Part shown: piece by piece, positions 29,455-40,452 of the stretch | How positions within the stretch are numbered: the first letter of the stretch is position 1 | Layout: each line of letters opens with the position of its first letter | Assembly: GCA_023250155.1 (NCBI GenBank) | Contig: JAHFBG010000003.1 | Span: 102,040 to 166,039, forward strand | Origin: Candidatus Melainabacteria bacterium | GTDB lineage: Bacteria > Cyanobacteriota > Vampirovibrionia > 2-02-FULL-35-15 | DNA: 64,000 bases | Direction of reading: 5' to 3' | Notes under the pieces: model-generated | The model's database searches: none | Seen by the model: only the letters and a program-made list of their open reading frames with translations | Told to the model about the DNA's origin: nothing | Translations under genes and position numbers: made by a program

Positions 29455-32400
29455 TTACTTCCTAAGTACTACTTTCTGAACCCCCATATTACTTTTTATC
29501 CAGTGTTGAAATAATGGTTCTGAGGTCTGGAGTTTATCTGAATTGCAAAATATTAATGCTGTTCCTCTAGATGGAATTGGCATCCAGGGGACACTGTCAT
29601 CTGTATTTAAAACCAATGAATCAGGTGATTTATAGTCATGTTCTTCATAGGCTGATACTATACAGGCACTAAAGGCTAAGAAATGAAGGTTAGAAATAAA
29701 ATCAGCACATCTGGTTCTTTCTCCAAAATTATCTCTTATTACTTCCTGATTTAAACTCTTCATTAAATCACCAGGAGTAACAGTAGTCAGTTTGTTTCCT
29801 CTATAAAACAAATGTAAGTATTGAGATTTTTTTTCATGAAACCCTGAATAAAGTATAAAAACTAAGTCTCGTAAATTTGCAGCCAATCCATCTATGCCGC
29901 CTCCTTCATTAAGCCACTCTAAATCTACTATGTAATGATAAGGATGACGTTCTGTTGATTCAATGCGTTTACGAATAAGTAGCTTGTTTTCTAGTCTAGC
30001 TGAAAGCTTCCAGTCTATATAGCGCGTATCTTCACCTGGTGTATAGCTAACTACTTTATGAGGATCTCCACTATAAGATTCTGTTTTCATTGATATACCA
30101 AATCCATGTGCAAATCTAAGATAACCTTTTCCAAAAAGTGGTTCTTGCTTAGTACGCATTTTACTAGTTAAAGATTCACTGAGTTTTTTTGCAGCTTGAA
30201 ACTCATTTCCTACCGTTGAGAGATAAGAGATATTAAATCTTGCTCCTTCAGACTCATGCATAATTTCACGAGCTAAAATATTTCCCCAGTAAGAATTGTC
30301 TTGCATTAGTATGTTTGGAATTAGTTTACACCCATCGCTTGGAAAATAAGTAGCATAATCCATTTCTAGTGCAGGCTTATAGGCTTCTTTTATACATAAG
30401 AGCTTATTAAGATCTAAAAACAAAATAGGATCTGCAATAATAGCAGATATAACTCTTAATTCATCATCTTTTAGTTTAGACAACTCATGTTTAATCTCTT
30501 TATAATACTTAGTTTTGACAAAATGATACTCATAAATGTCTTTTAGTTTAGTAGAGTCAATATTTATATCTTCAGAGAAATATTTTCTTAAGTCTTCACT
30601 AAGTCTCTTTAAACTCTTGCCATAAGAGGTTTTAATAAGCATGTCATGTATAACTGTAAAACCATATCTTGTACCTTCTTGAATGTTTTGTTTGACTAAC
30701 TCTTTAGCTAATCCTATGTGTAGCTTAAAATGATTCTCATAATATTTACTTACAGTATTTTCAATAATCTCTTGCCAAAGTGGTGCTTCCTTACTTTCTT
30801 TCCATGATAGTCCACTATGTTGTACAAAGGACTTAATAATTAAATTACTGTTTAAAATACTTTCAAACTGTTCTTTGGAAATCAATTGAATGACAGGTGC
30901 TTTAAATATATTATCTGATGCTTGTGGTTTTATATCTTCTTTCTCTACAGCTTTCTTTGCTGCCGCAGATAGTCTTATTTCTTTTTCTTTTAGAATATTT
31001 TCTATATATGTTTTACCCTCTTCTCCATAGAGCTTGCAAAACTCTATAATTTTAGGATTTATTCTACGGAGGTCTACATATCTACAAGATTTTTTAATAT
31101 ACTCTTTTACATTGTCTGGTAGGGTTATAGGTTTTAATTTTTTTGTAGTTTCAAGTAATAAATCTAGAGTTTTATCATCAAGAAGTGAAAAGTCTTGAAT
31201 TAAATATTCTTGAAGTTTCTCCAGGGCTTTTTTACTTGCTACATACTTTACACCAAGCAAAGGTAATATCAATTTTTCTATCAGATTAGATCTACCAGAT
31301 TTTTCTTTTATTAGAAGAAATTCACTTAAGAGCTGGACTTGAACTACTATTGATTTATTTTTAGGTAGACTTTTAAACCAGTCTAAAAAATCTTGTTTAA
31401 ACTTTTCTGGCTTACACTTCTCAAGTAGTGTAAAAATGGAATGATCATACTTTCCTTTTTCTATAAGGCTTTCTAAGTGAGCACTTAAAGTTCCTCCACT
31501 ACTCTCAAGTTTGGATAATGCAGGGATTATTTCACTAACATTATTGTTCTTCAACCAATCATCCCAATTATTTGTTATATCTGTTAGTTCCTTTATCATC
31601 TCATTTTCAAAATGAAGTTTATACTCATCTATTCTCCATGCATCTGTTCTTTTTCTTAAATCGATTTTTGAATATAAACCTGCTTGTATAAACTTAAGTA
31701 GTAAGGGTGCAGACTCTTTCATTTTTTTCTTATCAAATTCTATTCCCCACATTCGTGATTTTGTAGCTTCAAGAATATGTGGTTCATTATCTATAAAACA
31801 TATAGCTTGTTTATGTCCTACATCAGACCTAAATGACTTACCCTCTAAAGTAAGTCCATGCGCTGAAAGTGTAGGAAATTTTGCCAATCTTAATTCATTG
31901 GAAAGCAAATCTGTTAGATGAACACAATGACCACAACGCATATCATAAAGTGATTGAAAATAGTTTGGACTTTCTTTATAAATTTGCTGTATTTCTTTTA
32001 GTTTTGTATAAATCGGATCAAAGCTTTCAAATTTTTGTCTACAAAGATTTATTTTCATCAAGGGTGAGTTAACATTTTCAATTTCTTTGTCAATAGGTGA
32101 CTCACTCTTAGGAAAATAAAATGGCTTAGTCCAATCTACAAATATATTATCAATTGGTTCTATAGCTGTTTTGTTTAGCCTATATTTTACTGTTTTAATT
32201 TGAGAAGGAACATTATACAGTCTGGTAATTCCAAAATAATCCTGCTCTATTCTTATTCCTTCACTAGATACTTGAGTGTTTTTTTTATCTAAAAAGCTTA
32301 TAGCACTTGCTTTAAAGCCTAATGGTGTAGGAAGTGAAATACATTTATTTGATTTACAATTAGATGCATCAACTGGAATTGTTACATCAATCTCATCTTT

Positions 32401-33357
32401 ACCTCTTTTTTCTAAAGCATTAAAATCCCCATTAAACTCTTTTAAAGCCACTACCTTACTATCCACCAATTGACTCTTATTATCTCCATATTCATTAATG
32501 ACTAATCCAATATGAGTTAGATACATACCTTCTCTTATACCTGAATCCTTTTCAATAGAACCCATTGTTCTTCTATTTCCATATGAGTCATTAAAATCAA
32601 TAACCGTAAGCTCATTTGTTAGATCATCAGGTATAGCATTCAAAGTATTATTTTTTGTAGTACCAAAAGCTTCTTGGGTAGGAGTATATTGTTTTCTTGG
32701 TTTTTTATCAGGAATATTAACTGTAGAAAAACCTTTATTTATCTTTGTTGTAAGGGCATATTGAGTTTGTGTCCTTAAAGATTCTATATAACGTTCAACA
32801 ATTTTTAAATCGTTTATTTTTTCCAGAGACCAATCAACATATTCTTTTGATTGGAAAAGAAAAAGTCTAACTAAATCTTTACTTATTGCTTTGTCATCAA
32901 TTTCATCGAACTTGTTTACAAACTCTGATAAAGAAAATAAATCATCTTGAAAACTTGTTAAAAACTTATTTTCATCTTTACTTAAAGAGATATTTTGACA
33001 AGTCTTGTCAAGAAAAGCAGTTACACCTGAAATGTTTTTGTTTAATAATTTATTTGAGTCTGAAACTTCAAATGAACTTAGTAATAAACAAGAATACGAT
33101 TCTATATCTATCATTCTAAGCTTTTCTAACAACTTGTCTAAAGAATCATTTATCTCTTTGCAGAATAAATTTATATCATTGGTCTTATTTAAAATCAGTT
33201 CATATGGAACAGTAATCCTTTCACTCCAAAAATTTAATGTGGTTGGCTTTTCTAAATTCTTTACTGCTTGAGAGCTAGTAATATCGATAGAAGGTACTGT
33301 AGATAGACTAGCTATCTGTGGTAAAGGATTTAAAGTTATAGGATTAGTAATTGCCAT
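29455..33357 (-). CDS. Large protein with transglutaminase-like and DUF58 domains
   Basis: GHCVHL...LRLAKFP....G...GHKQAICF......LEAT (Cys-His-acid); YTPGEDTRYIDWKLSAR (DUF58). Confidence 0.75.
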   Translation of the reverse strand: MAITNPITLNPLPQIASLSTVPSIDITSSQAVKNLEKPTTLNFWSERITVPYELILNKTNDINLFCKEINDSLDKLLEKLRMIDIESYSCLLLSSFEVSDSNKLLNKNISGVTAFLDKTCQNISLSKDENKFLTSFQDDLFSLSEFVNKFDEIDDKAISKDLVRLFLFQSKEYVDWSLEKINDLKIVERYIESLRTQTQYALTTKINKGFSTVNIPDKKPRKQYTPTQEAFGTTKNNTLNAIPDDLTNELTVIDFNDSYGNRRTMGSIEKDSGIREGMYLTHIGLVINEYGDNKSQLVDSKVVALKEFNGDFNALEKRGKDEIDVTIPVDASNCKSNKCISLPTPLGFKASAISFLDKKNTQVSSEGIRIEQDYFGITRLYNVPSQIKTVKYRLNKTAIEPIDNIFVDWTKPFYFPKSESPIDKEIENVNSPLMKINLCRQKFESFDPIYTKLKEIQQIYKESPNYFQSLYDMRCGHCVHLTDLLSNELRLAKFPTLSAHGLTLEGKSFRSDVGHKQAICFIDNEPHILEATKSRMWGIEFDKKKMKESAPLLLKFIQAGLYSKIDLRKRTDAWRIDEYKLHFENEMIKELTDITNNWDDWLKNNNVSEIIPALSKLESSGGTLSAHLESLIEKGKYDHSIFTLLEKCKPEKFKQDFLDWFKSLPKNKSIVVQVQLLSEFLLIKEKSGRSNLIEKLILPLLGVKYVASKKALEKLQEYLIQDFSLLDDKTLDLLLETTKKLKPITLPDNVKEYIKKSCRYVDLRRINPKIIEFCKLYGEEGKTYIENILKEKEIRLSAAAKKAVEKEDIKPQASDNIFKAPVIQLISKEQFESILNSNLIIKSFVQHSGLSWKESKEAPLWQEIIENTVSKYYENHFKLHIGLAKELVKQNIQEGTRYGFTVIHDMLIKTSYGKSLKRLSEDLRKYFSEDINIDSTKLKDIYEYHFVKTKYYKEIKHELSKLKDDELRVISAIIADPILFLDLNKLLCIKEAYKPALEMDYATYFPSDGCKLIPNILMQDNSYWGNILAREIMHESEGARFNISYLSTVGNEFQAAKKLSESLTSKMRTKQEPLFGKGYLRFAHGFGISMKTESYSGDPHKVVSYTPGEDTRYIDWKLSARLENKLLIRKRIESTERHPYHYIVDLEWLNEGGGIDGLAANLRDLVFILYSGFHEKKSQYLHLFYRGNKLTTVTPGDLMKSLNQEVIRDNFGERTRCADFISNLHFLAFSACIVSAYEEHDYKSPDSLVLNTDDSVPWMPIPSRGTALIFCNSDKLQTSEPLFQHWIKSNMGVQKVVLRK

Positions 33358-33462
33358 CTTCTTAATCAAGTTTATTAGTCCAATTATTATAGTCCTATCT
33401 ATAAGAGAAATCTATTGTATTTCGAGAGATTATTTGCCTTAACCAAAAATCTATTTTTCTAA

Positions 33463-34350
33463 TTAAATATTCTGTAAAACTTCTATATGCCTTTTAACAT
33501 CTGTTTTTACTTGTTCCAAATTTCCACTGAAGATAGCATCACCATTAAACATACCGCTTCCAGGACATACTCCATAAGCATCATACTTGGTTAAAACTTC
33601 TTTCATATTTTTATCATTAATTCCACCAACTGCATAAGTTCTAACTCCCCATGCATTACAAGCTTCAGAAAATCTTTTTACTCTGTCAAACCCTACTTCT
33701 TCATCCTCTGGGAGTTTAATAACAATAGGAGCATATGGTTTTTTCTTATCTTTTAAAACTAAATAACGCTCATAAAACTCTGTTGGTGAACTGATTTCAA
33801 TACATTGTTCAGCAGACTTTCCCAGAGCTTTAAAATCTTCTGAATCAAATGCAACAAGCTTCCAGTTTTTTCTTTTCAATTCTTCAAACTCATCTCTAAA
33901 TGGTTCACTGATTGCTTTATATAATTCTTCATGTGTTTTAACATTTGCTGGAAAGAATTTTTGATCTGCTATTCCAAGAACATGTGCTCTTTCAATCTCA
34001 TTTTCTAAATAAACTCCAGGCAAAACAGGTACATTTTTTTCTTTTGCCATGATAACAACAGAAGGAAATAATCCTGGGCTAACTAAAAACTTAGCACCAA
34101 GTGTAAGTGCTTCTTTAGCGATTTCTTTATTTTTTACAGAACCTACTCCTATATTTAAATTTCTTTTTCTACACTCAGTAACTATGTCCTGCCATGAGTC
34201 TGAATTTGAGGTAATTTCAACAGCTTCAGCACCTGAATCAAATGCTGCTTGAATTGCATTTATAGCGTTTTCTTTTGGTGTACTTGGCTTTGTTCTAAGT
34301 ATTCCAATTAAACGTATATTCAAATAAGGTTTTACTTGTGTAAGACTCAT
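33463..34350 (-). CDS. KDPG/KHG aldolase-like protein with internal insertion
   Basis: IGILR, VEIT, GVGSV, GAKFLVSPG, LPGV, KFFPA, AVGGIN; 295 aa. Confidence 0.75.
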   Translation of the reverse strand: MSLTQVKPYLNIRLIGILRTKPSTPKENAINAIQAAFDSGAEAVEITSNSDSWQDIVTECRKRNLNIGVGSVKNKEIAKEALTLGAKFLVSPGLFPSVVIMAKEKNVPVLPGVYLENEIERAHVLGIADQKFFPANVKTHEELYKAISEPFRDEFEELKRKNWKLVAFDSEDFKALGKSAEQCIEISSPTEFYERYLVLKDKKKPYAPIVIKLPEDEEVGFDRVKRFSEACNAWGVRTYAVGGINDKNMKEVLTKYDAYGVCPGSGMFNGDAIFSGNLEQVKTDVKRHIEVLQNI

Positions 34351-34470
34351 TTATTCTCCTTATAACTCTTAACTTTCTATTGTAAACGTAAAAATGACTT
34401 TTCTTATACTTTTAAGATTTTTATAATAATGAGATAATGTAAAGTAATTACAAGTATTAGGTAACTACTT

Positions 34471-36123
34471 ATGCAGGAATTAATAAATAAAACATTAGGA
34501 CAATTACTTGATAGTACTGCTTTAAAATGTGCTGGTAAAGATGCTTTGGTGTTTACTGACCTTAACTATCGATTGACCTACCCAGAGTTTAAGAAAATCA
34601 CAGATGAGGTTGCAAAAGGCTTATTAGCATTGCATATAAAAAAAGGAGAGCATGTCGGTGTTTTTGCCGTCAATTCTCCTGAATGGGTCATCCTACAATT
34701 TGCAAGTGCAAAGATTGGAGCAGTGCTAGTAAACATTAACCCTGCTCTTAAGAGTCATGAGCTGAAATATATACTGGAACAAGGTGATATTACAACCCTT
34801 TTTATTAGTGAGTTTTTTAAGAATCAAAATATGATTGAAGTTCTGCAAGGTCTCCAAGTCAACAATTCAAACAATAATAAACACATCCAACCTATTCACG
34901 ACTTACCTCTTTTGAAGAGAGTGATTACTATTCGCACAGAGAAATATTCAGAGTTTATGAAATGGGATGATCTTTTATCGCTAGCTAAAAATATTTCAGA
35001 TGAAGATTTAGCAGAAAGAGAAAACCAGCTTACTCCAGAAGACATAATAAATATCCAATATACATCAGGGACTACAGGCTTTCCAAAAGGTGCACAGTTA
35101 ACGCATCTTGGAATTCTAAACAATGCATATTATGGTGGACTTAATATGAACCTTACAGACAAAGACTCTGTTTGCATTCCAGTCCCTTTGTATCACTGCT
35201 TTGGATGTGTACTTGGAACCTTAACATGTGTAAATTATGGAATTAAAATGGTTTTCCCATCAGATGTCTTTGATCCAAAGAAAACTCTTGAATCAATTCA
35301 CAAAGAAAAATGCACAGCAGTATATGGTGTTCCTACCATGTTTATTGCCGAGTTAGCACTTGAAGATTTTAATAAGTATGATTTAAACTCGCTTAGAACA
35401 GGTATCATTGCTGGTGCTCCATGCCCTATGGAATTGATGAAACAATTAATTGAGAAAATGAACCTGACTGAAATTACTATTGGATATGGTTTTACAGAGG
35501 CTTCACCTCTTATCACTCAAACCAGATACAATGATCCTCTTGAAGTAAAGGTAGGAACAGTGGGGAAACCACACCAAAACGTAAAAGTAAAAATCTGGGA
35601 CCCAGAATCTAAGCGTGACCTAGGATCAAATGAGCCTGGCGAGCTTTGTGCACATGGATATAATGCTATGAAAGGCTATTATAAATTGCCTGAAAAAACA
35701 AAAGAAGTGATAGATACTGAAGGCTGGATGCATACAGGAGATCTGGCTACAGTGGATGAAAATGGGGTTTATCGAATAGTAGGAAGAATAAAGGATATGA
35801 TCATTCGTGGTGGTGAGAATATTTATCCTGCTGAAGTTGAAGAATTTTTTATGACAAATCCAAAAGTAGAAATTGTACAGGTAGTAGGTGTACCTGATGA
35901 AAAATTTGGTGAGCAGGTTGCTGTAGTTATAAAGTTAAAATCAAATGAAACCTGGACAGAAGAAGAGGCTAAAAAATGGTGCTGTGGAAAAATCGCCAAT
36001 TATAAAATCCCTTGCTATATAAGATTTGTAAATGATTTTCCTATGACTGCCAATGGAAAAATTCAAAAATACAAGCTTAGAGAAATTTTAAAAGAAGAAC
36101 TAAAGCTTACCGTTGTAAAATAA
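34471..36123 (+). CDS. AMP-binding acyl-CoA synthetase
   Basis: QYTSGTTGFPKG, PLYHCFG, GYGFTE, HTGDL, GRIKDMIIRGGENIYP, GKIQK. Confidence 0.93.
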   Translation: MQELINKTLGQLLDSTALKCAGKDALVFTDLNYRLTYPEFKKITDEVAKGLLALHIKKGEHVGVFAVNSPEWVILQFASAKIGAVLVNINPALKSHELKYILEQGDITTLFISEFFKNQNMIEVLQGLQVNNSNNNKHIQPIHDLPLLKRVITIRTEKYSEFMKWDDLLSLAKNISDEDLAERENQLTPEDIINIQYTSGTTGFPKGAQLTHLGILNNAYYGGLNMNLTDKDSVCIPVPLYHCFGCVLGTLTCVNYGIKMVFPSDVFDPKKTLESIHKEKCTAVYGVPTMFIAELALEDFNKYDLNSLRTGIIAGAPCPMELMKQLIEKMNLTEITIGYGFTEASPLITQTRYNDPLEVKVGTVGKPHQNVKVKIWDPESKRDLGSNEPGELCAHGYNAMKGYYKLPEKTKEVIDTEGWMHTGDLATVDENGVYRIVGRIKDMIIRGGENIYPAEVEEFFMTNPKVEIVQVVGVPDEKFGEQVAVVIKLKSNETWTEEEAKKWCCGKIANYKIPCYIRFVNDFPMTANGKIQKYKLREILKEELKLTVVK

Positions 36124-36130
36124 GACTCAG

Positions 36131-36730
36131 CTAATTACTTTCTCTTTCAAGGACATGCAAGGCTGATTCATAGAGTGTTTTTAAAGAGTCTTTAAAAATT
36201 TTATTCTCTTTAATTAAGCTTGTAGTTTCTTTACTATCTTTTGATTTATTAGTAAGTGCTTTAGCAAGAGCAGCTCTTATATCAATAAGATTACTAAGCT
36301 TAGTAAATTCATTTATATCACCAACCTTAAAGCTTATACAAAGTTCATGATCAACTATCTGTAAATCATCCTCAGTAACCTTTTCACCAGCATTCTCTTC
36401 AGTAAACTCCACCTTCATCCCTGGTATAAGAAAAGCTCTCATAGTAAGATCAGAATTAACTTCTTCATCAAAAAAAATCAAATCATGATTTTCAATGAGC
36501 TCTAATCCTTTTTCCTTTGCTTTAATAAGTAGGTCAGCTTCGCTAATTCCGTGCCCACCTTCAGAGAATCCTAAAATAAAAGATCTGATTTCATCTGATA
36601 TATGTTCTGATTCACTTTTTGCTTTTAAAATATTTGGACTATTATAATAAACATCCTTAAAAACAGATATAAGGTTTTGTTCAATTCTTTTTTTTTGTTC
36701 TGGTGTTAATACTTCTTTTGATCCTGGCAT
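36131..36730 (-). CDS. Hypothetical protein
   Basis: 199-aa ORF, no recognisable motif. Confidence 0.6.
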   Translation of the reverse strand: MPGSKEVLTPEQKKRIEQNLISVFKDVYYNSPNILKAKSESEHISDEIRSFILGFSEGGHGISEADLLIKAKEKGLELIENHDLIFFDEEVNSDLTMRAFLIPGMKVEFTEENAGEKVTEDDLQIVDHELCISFKVGDINEFTKLSNLIDIRAALAKALTNKSKDSKETTSLIKENKIFKDSLKTLYESALHVLERESN

Positions 36731-36826
36731 GATTTAAGATAAGACGATTTATCTTATGTATGAGTTTCTAAGTATATAGGTAGTAAAATTGGATTTTAAA
36801 TGCTTTTTAATTCAATTTAAGATAAC

Positions 36827-37150
36827 TTATGCCATTAATTCTTCTGAAAAATCTAACTTGCTTAAAGAATTTATATAAAGATCACTCAATTCTTTTTGAG
36901 AAAGTTTGGTGAATTGCTCCCAGATATACTCAACCTTATGTTTATCAGGAGATAAAGTAGGAAATGCTTCTACGCATTGATCAACTGTTGGAAAATATCT
37001 ATAACATGATATGGCCTGAATTAAATCAAAAGCTTCAAGTATTTCTGGTGTATAGTTTGCTTTTCTAACTGCTTGGTTTGCAGCGTCAAAGAATCTTGCC
37101 ATTAACTCTAAAGTATCTCTAGATGCTACTTGGTTTAAAAATGGGTTCAT
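36827..37150 (-). CDS. Hypothetical protein
   Basis: 107-aa ORF with GAGGA RBS. Confidence 0.65.
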   Translation of the reverse strand: MNPFLNQVASRDTLELMARFFDAANQAVRKANYTPEILEAFDLIQAISCYRYFPTVDQCVEAFPTLSPDKHKVEYIWEQFTKLSQKELSDLYINSLSKLDFSEELMA

Positions 37151-37349
37151 ATGTTTTTCCTCTTTATGACGTTTATCTTATTTGAAGTTCCTTAATCTGT
37201 ATAACGTCTCTTACTCTCAACTATATTCCTTTAACCGTTTCTTTGTCAATGCTTAATCTCCTTTTAAAGATAAAATTTTTCTCATAATATTTCTTAACCA
37301 AAAATTCTACAAAAAATAATTATTTATTTCAAGAAATAGGACATTTGAC

Positions 37350-38882
37350 TTATGTAGATATTTTACATGCAGTATTTTTGCTAGTGGTAAGACTTGTGCC
37401 ATCTATATATTTTAAGGATTTCAATCCAAATATGTTTAAGATTGTGGGGAAGATGTCAGTTATCTTAGGATTAGATAGGCTCAATGAATTAGATAAGTGA
37501 CCATCAATTGCAAGGATTCCTTCTTTGATGTGATTGCCAGTTGAAAGTGGATGTGGTTCAAGAAATAATTGTTTTTCTGAGAGTCCACTAATTAAATAAT
37601 ATCCCGGGTTTGGAACGATTATGAGATCAGGAATTTTATTTAAAGCTTGGCCATTAAATATTTCTTCTTTTCTATAAATACCGCTAAGAAATAAATCTCC
37701 ATTAATTGGATCTCTTATGTTTTTTAGCTTTTCAATGATTTCATTTTTTAAATTTTCTACTTCATTTTGAGGGACTGTTCCATTTGGTTCACGTCCTAAT
37801 TGGTTTATTTGAACAGTTCCACAGACAGTTCCTATACTACTAAATGCTCTGCTTTCATCATAGTCAATTGGATCAAAATTAGCTCTAGGTACAATAACTC
37901 TTTGCTCTAAGTCTTCTTCTACTTTTCTTTTAATTCTATTTTTTAATTTTGCTAGTGCATCTACTTTGTTTATCATTTTTATTGCAGTGCTTTTTACTGA
38001 GGTGGTTAGTTGTGTACCCATATCTTGTTTTAGTTTTAAATAGCCATGCTCTTGTAGCCAGACATTAGTAGACATACGTCTTTTAACTGGTCCAAATCCA
38101 TGATCGCTTACAAGGAAAAAAGCACCTTCACTGCTTACTTTTTCTTTTATAGCACCAAGATACTGATCTAAACATCTATAGAAGTTCCATATAGCCTGCA
38201 TTGCAGGGTCTTGAGAATTGAAATCAAGACTTGCAATCTCATTCCAGAAACCATGCTGAATAATATCTGTAGTCTGAAAGTGAACCATAAAAAAGTCAGT
38301 AGGCTCAGTTTCTAAAAGCCACAGAGCAGCATCTCCTACCTTCTTCGTAATTTCAATTAAGCTATTTAAAAAATCAACATCTTTAGTTCCTTGTCTATCA
38401 AAGGTTCTAAGGCAAATAGGATAGTCACCCAAATGATCGATTAACTTTTGACCAAGTTCAGGCGGGTGTGTGAAAACTTTTTTATTGCTCGGTCTTTCCC
38501 ATCCAGATACAATAAAACCATTAACTTCAGGTGGTGGATAATTTATCGGAACATCTATAACTCCTACACGAACACCGTTTTCTGAAAGCACTTTCCATAA
38601 GGTATCTACCTGAATTGATTTATTTGTAGTAAGAGTAGGTTTATATGTACCTTCCTGAAACTCATAGAAATCAAACACTCCTGTTTTTCCTGGATTACAG
38701 CCTGTCATAAAAGCAGTCCAGGCAGGTGGTGTTAAAGGGGGTATGGTAGATTCAAGATTTGAATGTTTTCCACTTTCAAGTAGCTTTAAAAGGTTTGGCA
38801 TTATGCCAGCTTTTGCAATGGGCATAAGGTTTGACCATACGCCACCATCAAAACTTATAACTAGTACTTTAGGGGATTTCAT
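37350..38882 (-). CDS. Alkaline-phosphatase-superfamily protein (type I phosphodiesterase/nucleotide pyrophosphatase)
   Basis: VISFDG, STIPP.TPPAW..FMTG.NPG, DIIQH, VSDHGF, GNH...G. Confidence 0.88.
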   Translation of the reverse strand: MKSPKVLVISFDGGVWSNLMPIAKAGIMPNLLKLLESGKHSNLESTIPPLTPPAWTAFMTGCNPGKTGVFDFYEFQEGTYKPTLTTNKSIQVDTLWKVLSENGVRVGVIDVPINYPPPEVNGFIVSGWERPSNKKVFTHPPELGQKLIDHLGDYPICLRTFDRQGTKDVDFLNSLIEITKKVGDAALWLLETEPTDFFMVHFQTTDIIQHGFWNEIASLDFNSQDPAMQAIWNFYRCLDQYLGAIKEKVSSEGAFFLVSDHGFGPVKRRMSTNVWLQEHGYLKLKQDMGTQLTTSVKSTAIKMINKVDALAKLKNRIKRKVEEDLEQRVIVPRANFDPIDYDESRAFSSIGTVCGTVQINQLGREPNGTVPQNEVENLKNEIIEKLKNIRDPINGDLFLSGIYRKEEIFNGQALNKIPDLIIVPNPGYYLISGLSEKQLFLEPHPLSTGNHIKEGILAIDGHLSNSLSLSNPKITDIFPTILNIFGLKSLKYIDGTSLTTSKNTACKIST

Positions 38883-38892
38883 TAAAGGTATC

Positions 38893-40407
38893 TTATATTA
38901 TATACTTTTGAGGGGTTTTTGCCAGGATTTTTGCAAATATCTCACTTAGTATTAGTTTTTCAAAGTCCTGATTTTCTAATTTAACATTAAATTCCTTATA
39001 GATTAAATCAGAGATATTAGCTAACTCATCCTTTTCATGATCATAATCACTCATTAAATTGTCAGACATTTCTACTTCATTATCAGCATCCGCCTGCATT
39101 ACCAAGGCTATTATTTTTAATAGTTTTAACTTAGCATCATTAATAGTAGGTTCAGAGGATTTAGTTTCTTTCTCATAAGAGACATTAGAATTTACATAGT
39201 TTACCAAGTCACGCACTGTTCTGCCTTGTACCTCATCAACATCAACACTAAGTCCACAAATTTTAAATTCTTTCTCAAGAGCTAACGCTATATTTGCAGC
39301 ATCTAAAGAATCTACTCCTAAGTCATCAGTAATAAGTGAATCTAGCTTTATTTCATCCTTATTAATACCCCCACTCAAGTTAATTATATTTTTAACATAG
39401 TCAAATGTTTTTTGAAAGTTCTGTGTATAAATAGAATTATCTTTTTGATACTGACTCTTACTACTTCCTTCTTTTACTTCTGCATAAGTCAGTGCTATAA
39501 CATCACCCACTACTATATCTTTATCAAAAGTAATATCTCTATCAAACTCAGCACTTATTGCCTTAGAAAGGGCATCCATATTTATACTTAAATCACTTAA
39601 CCACTTAGATGGTGAAGTGATTTTAGAACCATCATTGTAGCCTAATAAGTTTATAATTTTAAACACTTTTTTCTCTACACTTTTTAAACTGTTTGGATTA
39701 TTTTTTTCTTCTTCAGCTTCTTTTGTAGCTTGAATATTATGATCTCTTTTCTCTATTAATCCTTGCCAGATTTTATTTGAGATTTGTTGCACTTGTAATT
39801 TTGCTAAGTCATCCTGATCTACAGTGACACCAAATTTTTCTTCAATAGCCATAGATAAATTTGTCAAATCAAGAGAATCTGCTCCCCAACTTTGTTTTAA
39901 GTGATCTTCACTTTCTATATTTGTATCAGGCTTAAAATCAAAAGTATCAATGATAGTTTTCTTTAGCTCAGTATTAATTTCCTGGACAGTAGAAATTTTC
40001 TTTGGTTCAGGTAAGGATACAATGCCAGGTACTTGTAAAGAAGCTTCTTGTTCTTCTGGTTTATCATTTTCTTGGAGAACGGTACTATTGTCAGTTGTAG
40101 CCGCCGACTCTAATCCTTCAACTACTTCTTGAGCAAACTCTAAATCAATTTGTGGAGCTTCACGAACAAGATCTTTCTTCATTGCTTCATCCATTACTAC
40201 TAAAACCCATGGTTTAGATGCACTTCTACCTGGTAAACCATATGTGCTTATTAATTGAAGCTCATCAATCTCTTGTGGCTCTTTTAAATACTCTAGATTT
40301 CGTAAAATTCTTAAAGCATCTTTATCATCCTTTGCAGTAATTTCTAAAGTGATTTTTTTATTTCCAGTTGAATTAAGTGTTTCAGCATTTTGTAAGTGGA
40401 CTTTCAT
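38893..40407 (-). CDS. Multi-acyl-carrier-domain protein (4 ACP-like folds, 2 with the DSL serine)
   Basis: WGADSLD....AIEEKFGV and DLGVDSLD....ALEKEF; two more degenerate copies (DLSINMDAL...EFD and DYDHEKDE...KEFNV); AAGGAG RBS. Confidence 0.8.
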   Translation of the reverse strand: MKVHLQNAETLNSTGNKKITLEITAKDDKDALRILRNLEYLKEPQEIDELQLISTYGLPGRSASKPWVLVVMDEAMKKDLVREAPQIDLEFAQEVVEGLESAATTDNSTVLQENDKPEEQEASLQVPGIVSLPEPKKISTVQEINTELKKTIIDTFDFKPDTNIESEDHLKQSWGADSLDLTNLSMAIEEKFGVTVDQDDLAKLQVQQISNKIWQGLIEKRDHNIQATKEAEEEKNNPNSLKSVEKKVFKIINLLGYNDGSKITSPSKWLSDLSINMDALSKAISAEFDRDITFDKDIVVGDVIALTYAEVKEGSSKSQYQKDNSIYTQNFQKTFDYVKNIINLSGGINKDEIKLDSLITDDLGVDSLDAANIALALEKEFKICGLSVDVDEVQGRTVRDLVNYVNSNVSYEKETKSSEPTINDAKLKLLKIIALVMQADADNEVEMSDNLMSDYDHEKDELANISDLIYKEFNVKLENQDFEKLILSEIFAKILAKTPQKYII

Positions 40408-40452
40408 TTATATTTCTCCTTCAATCAAATTCGTAGGGGCTGCAGTAAGCCA

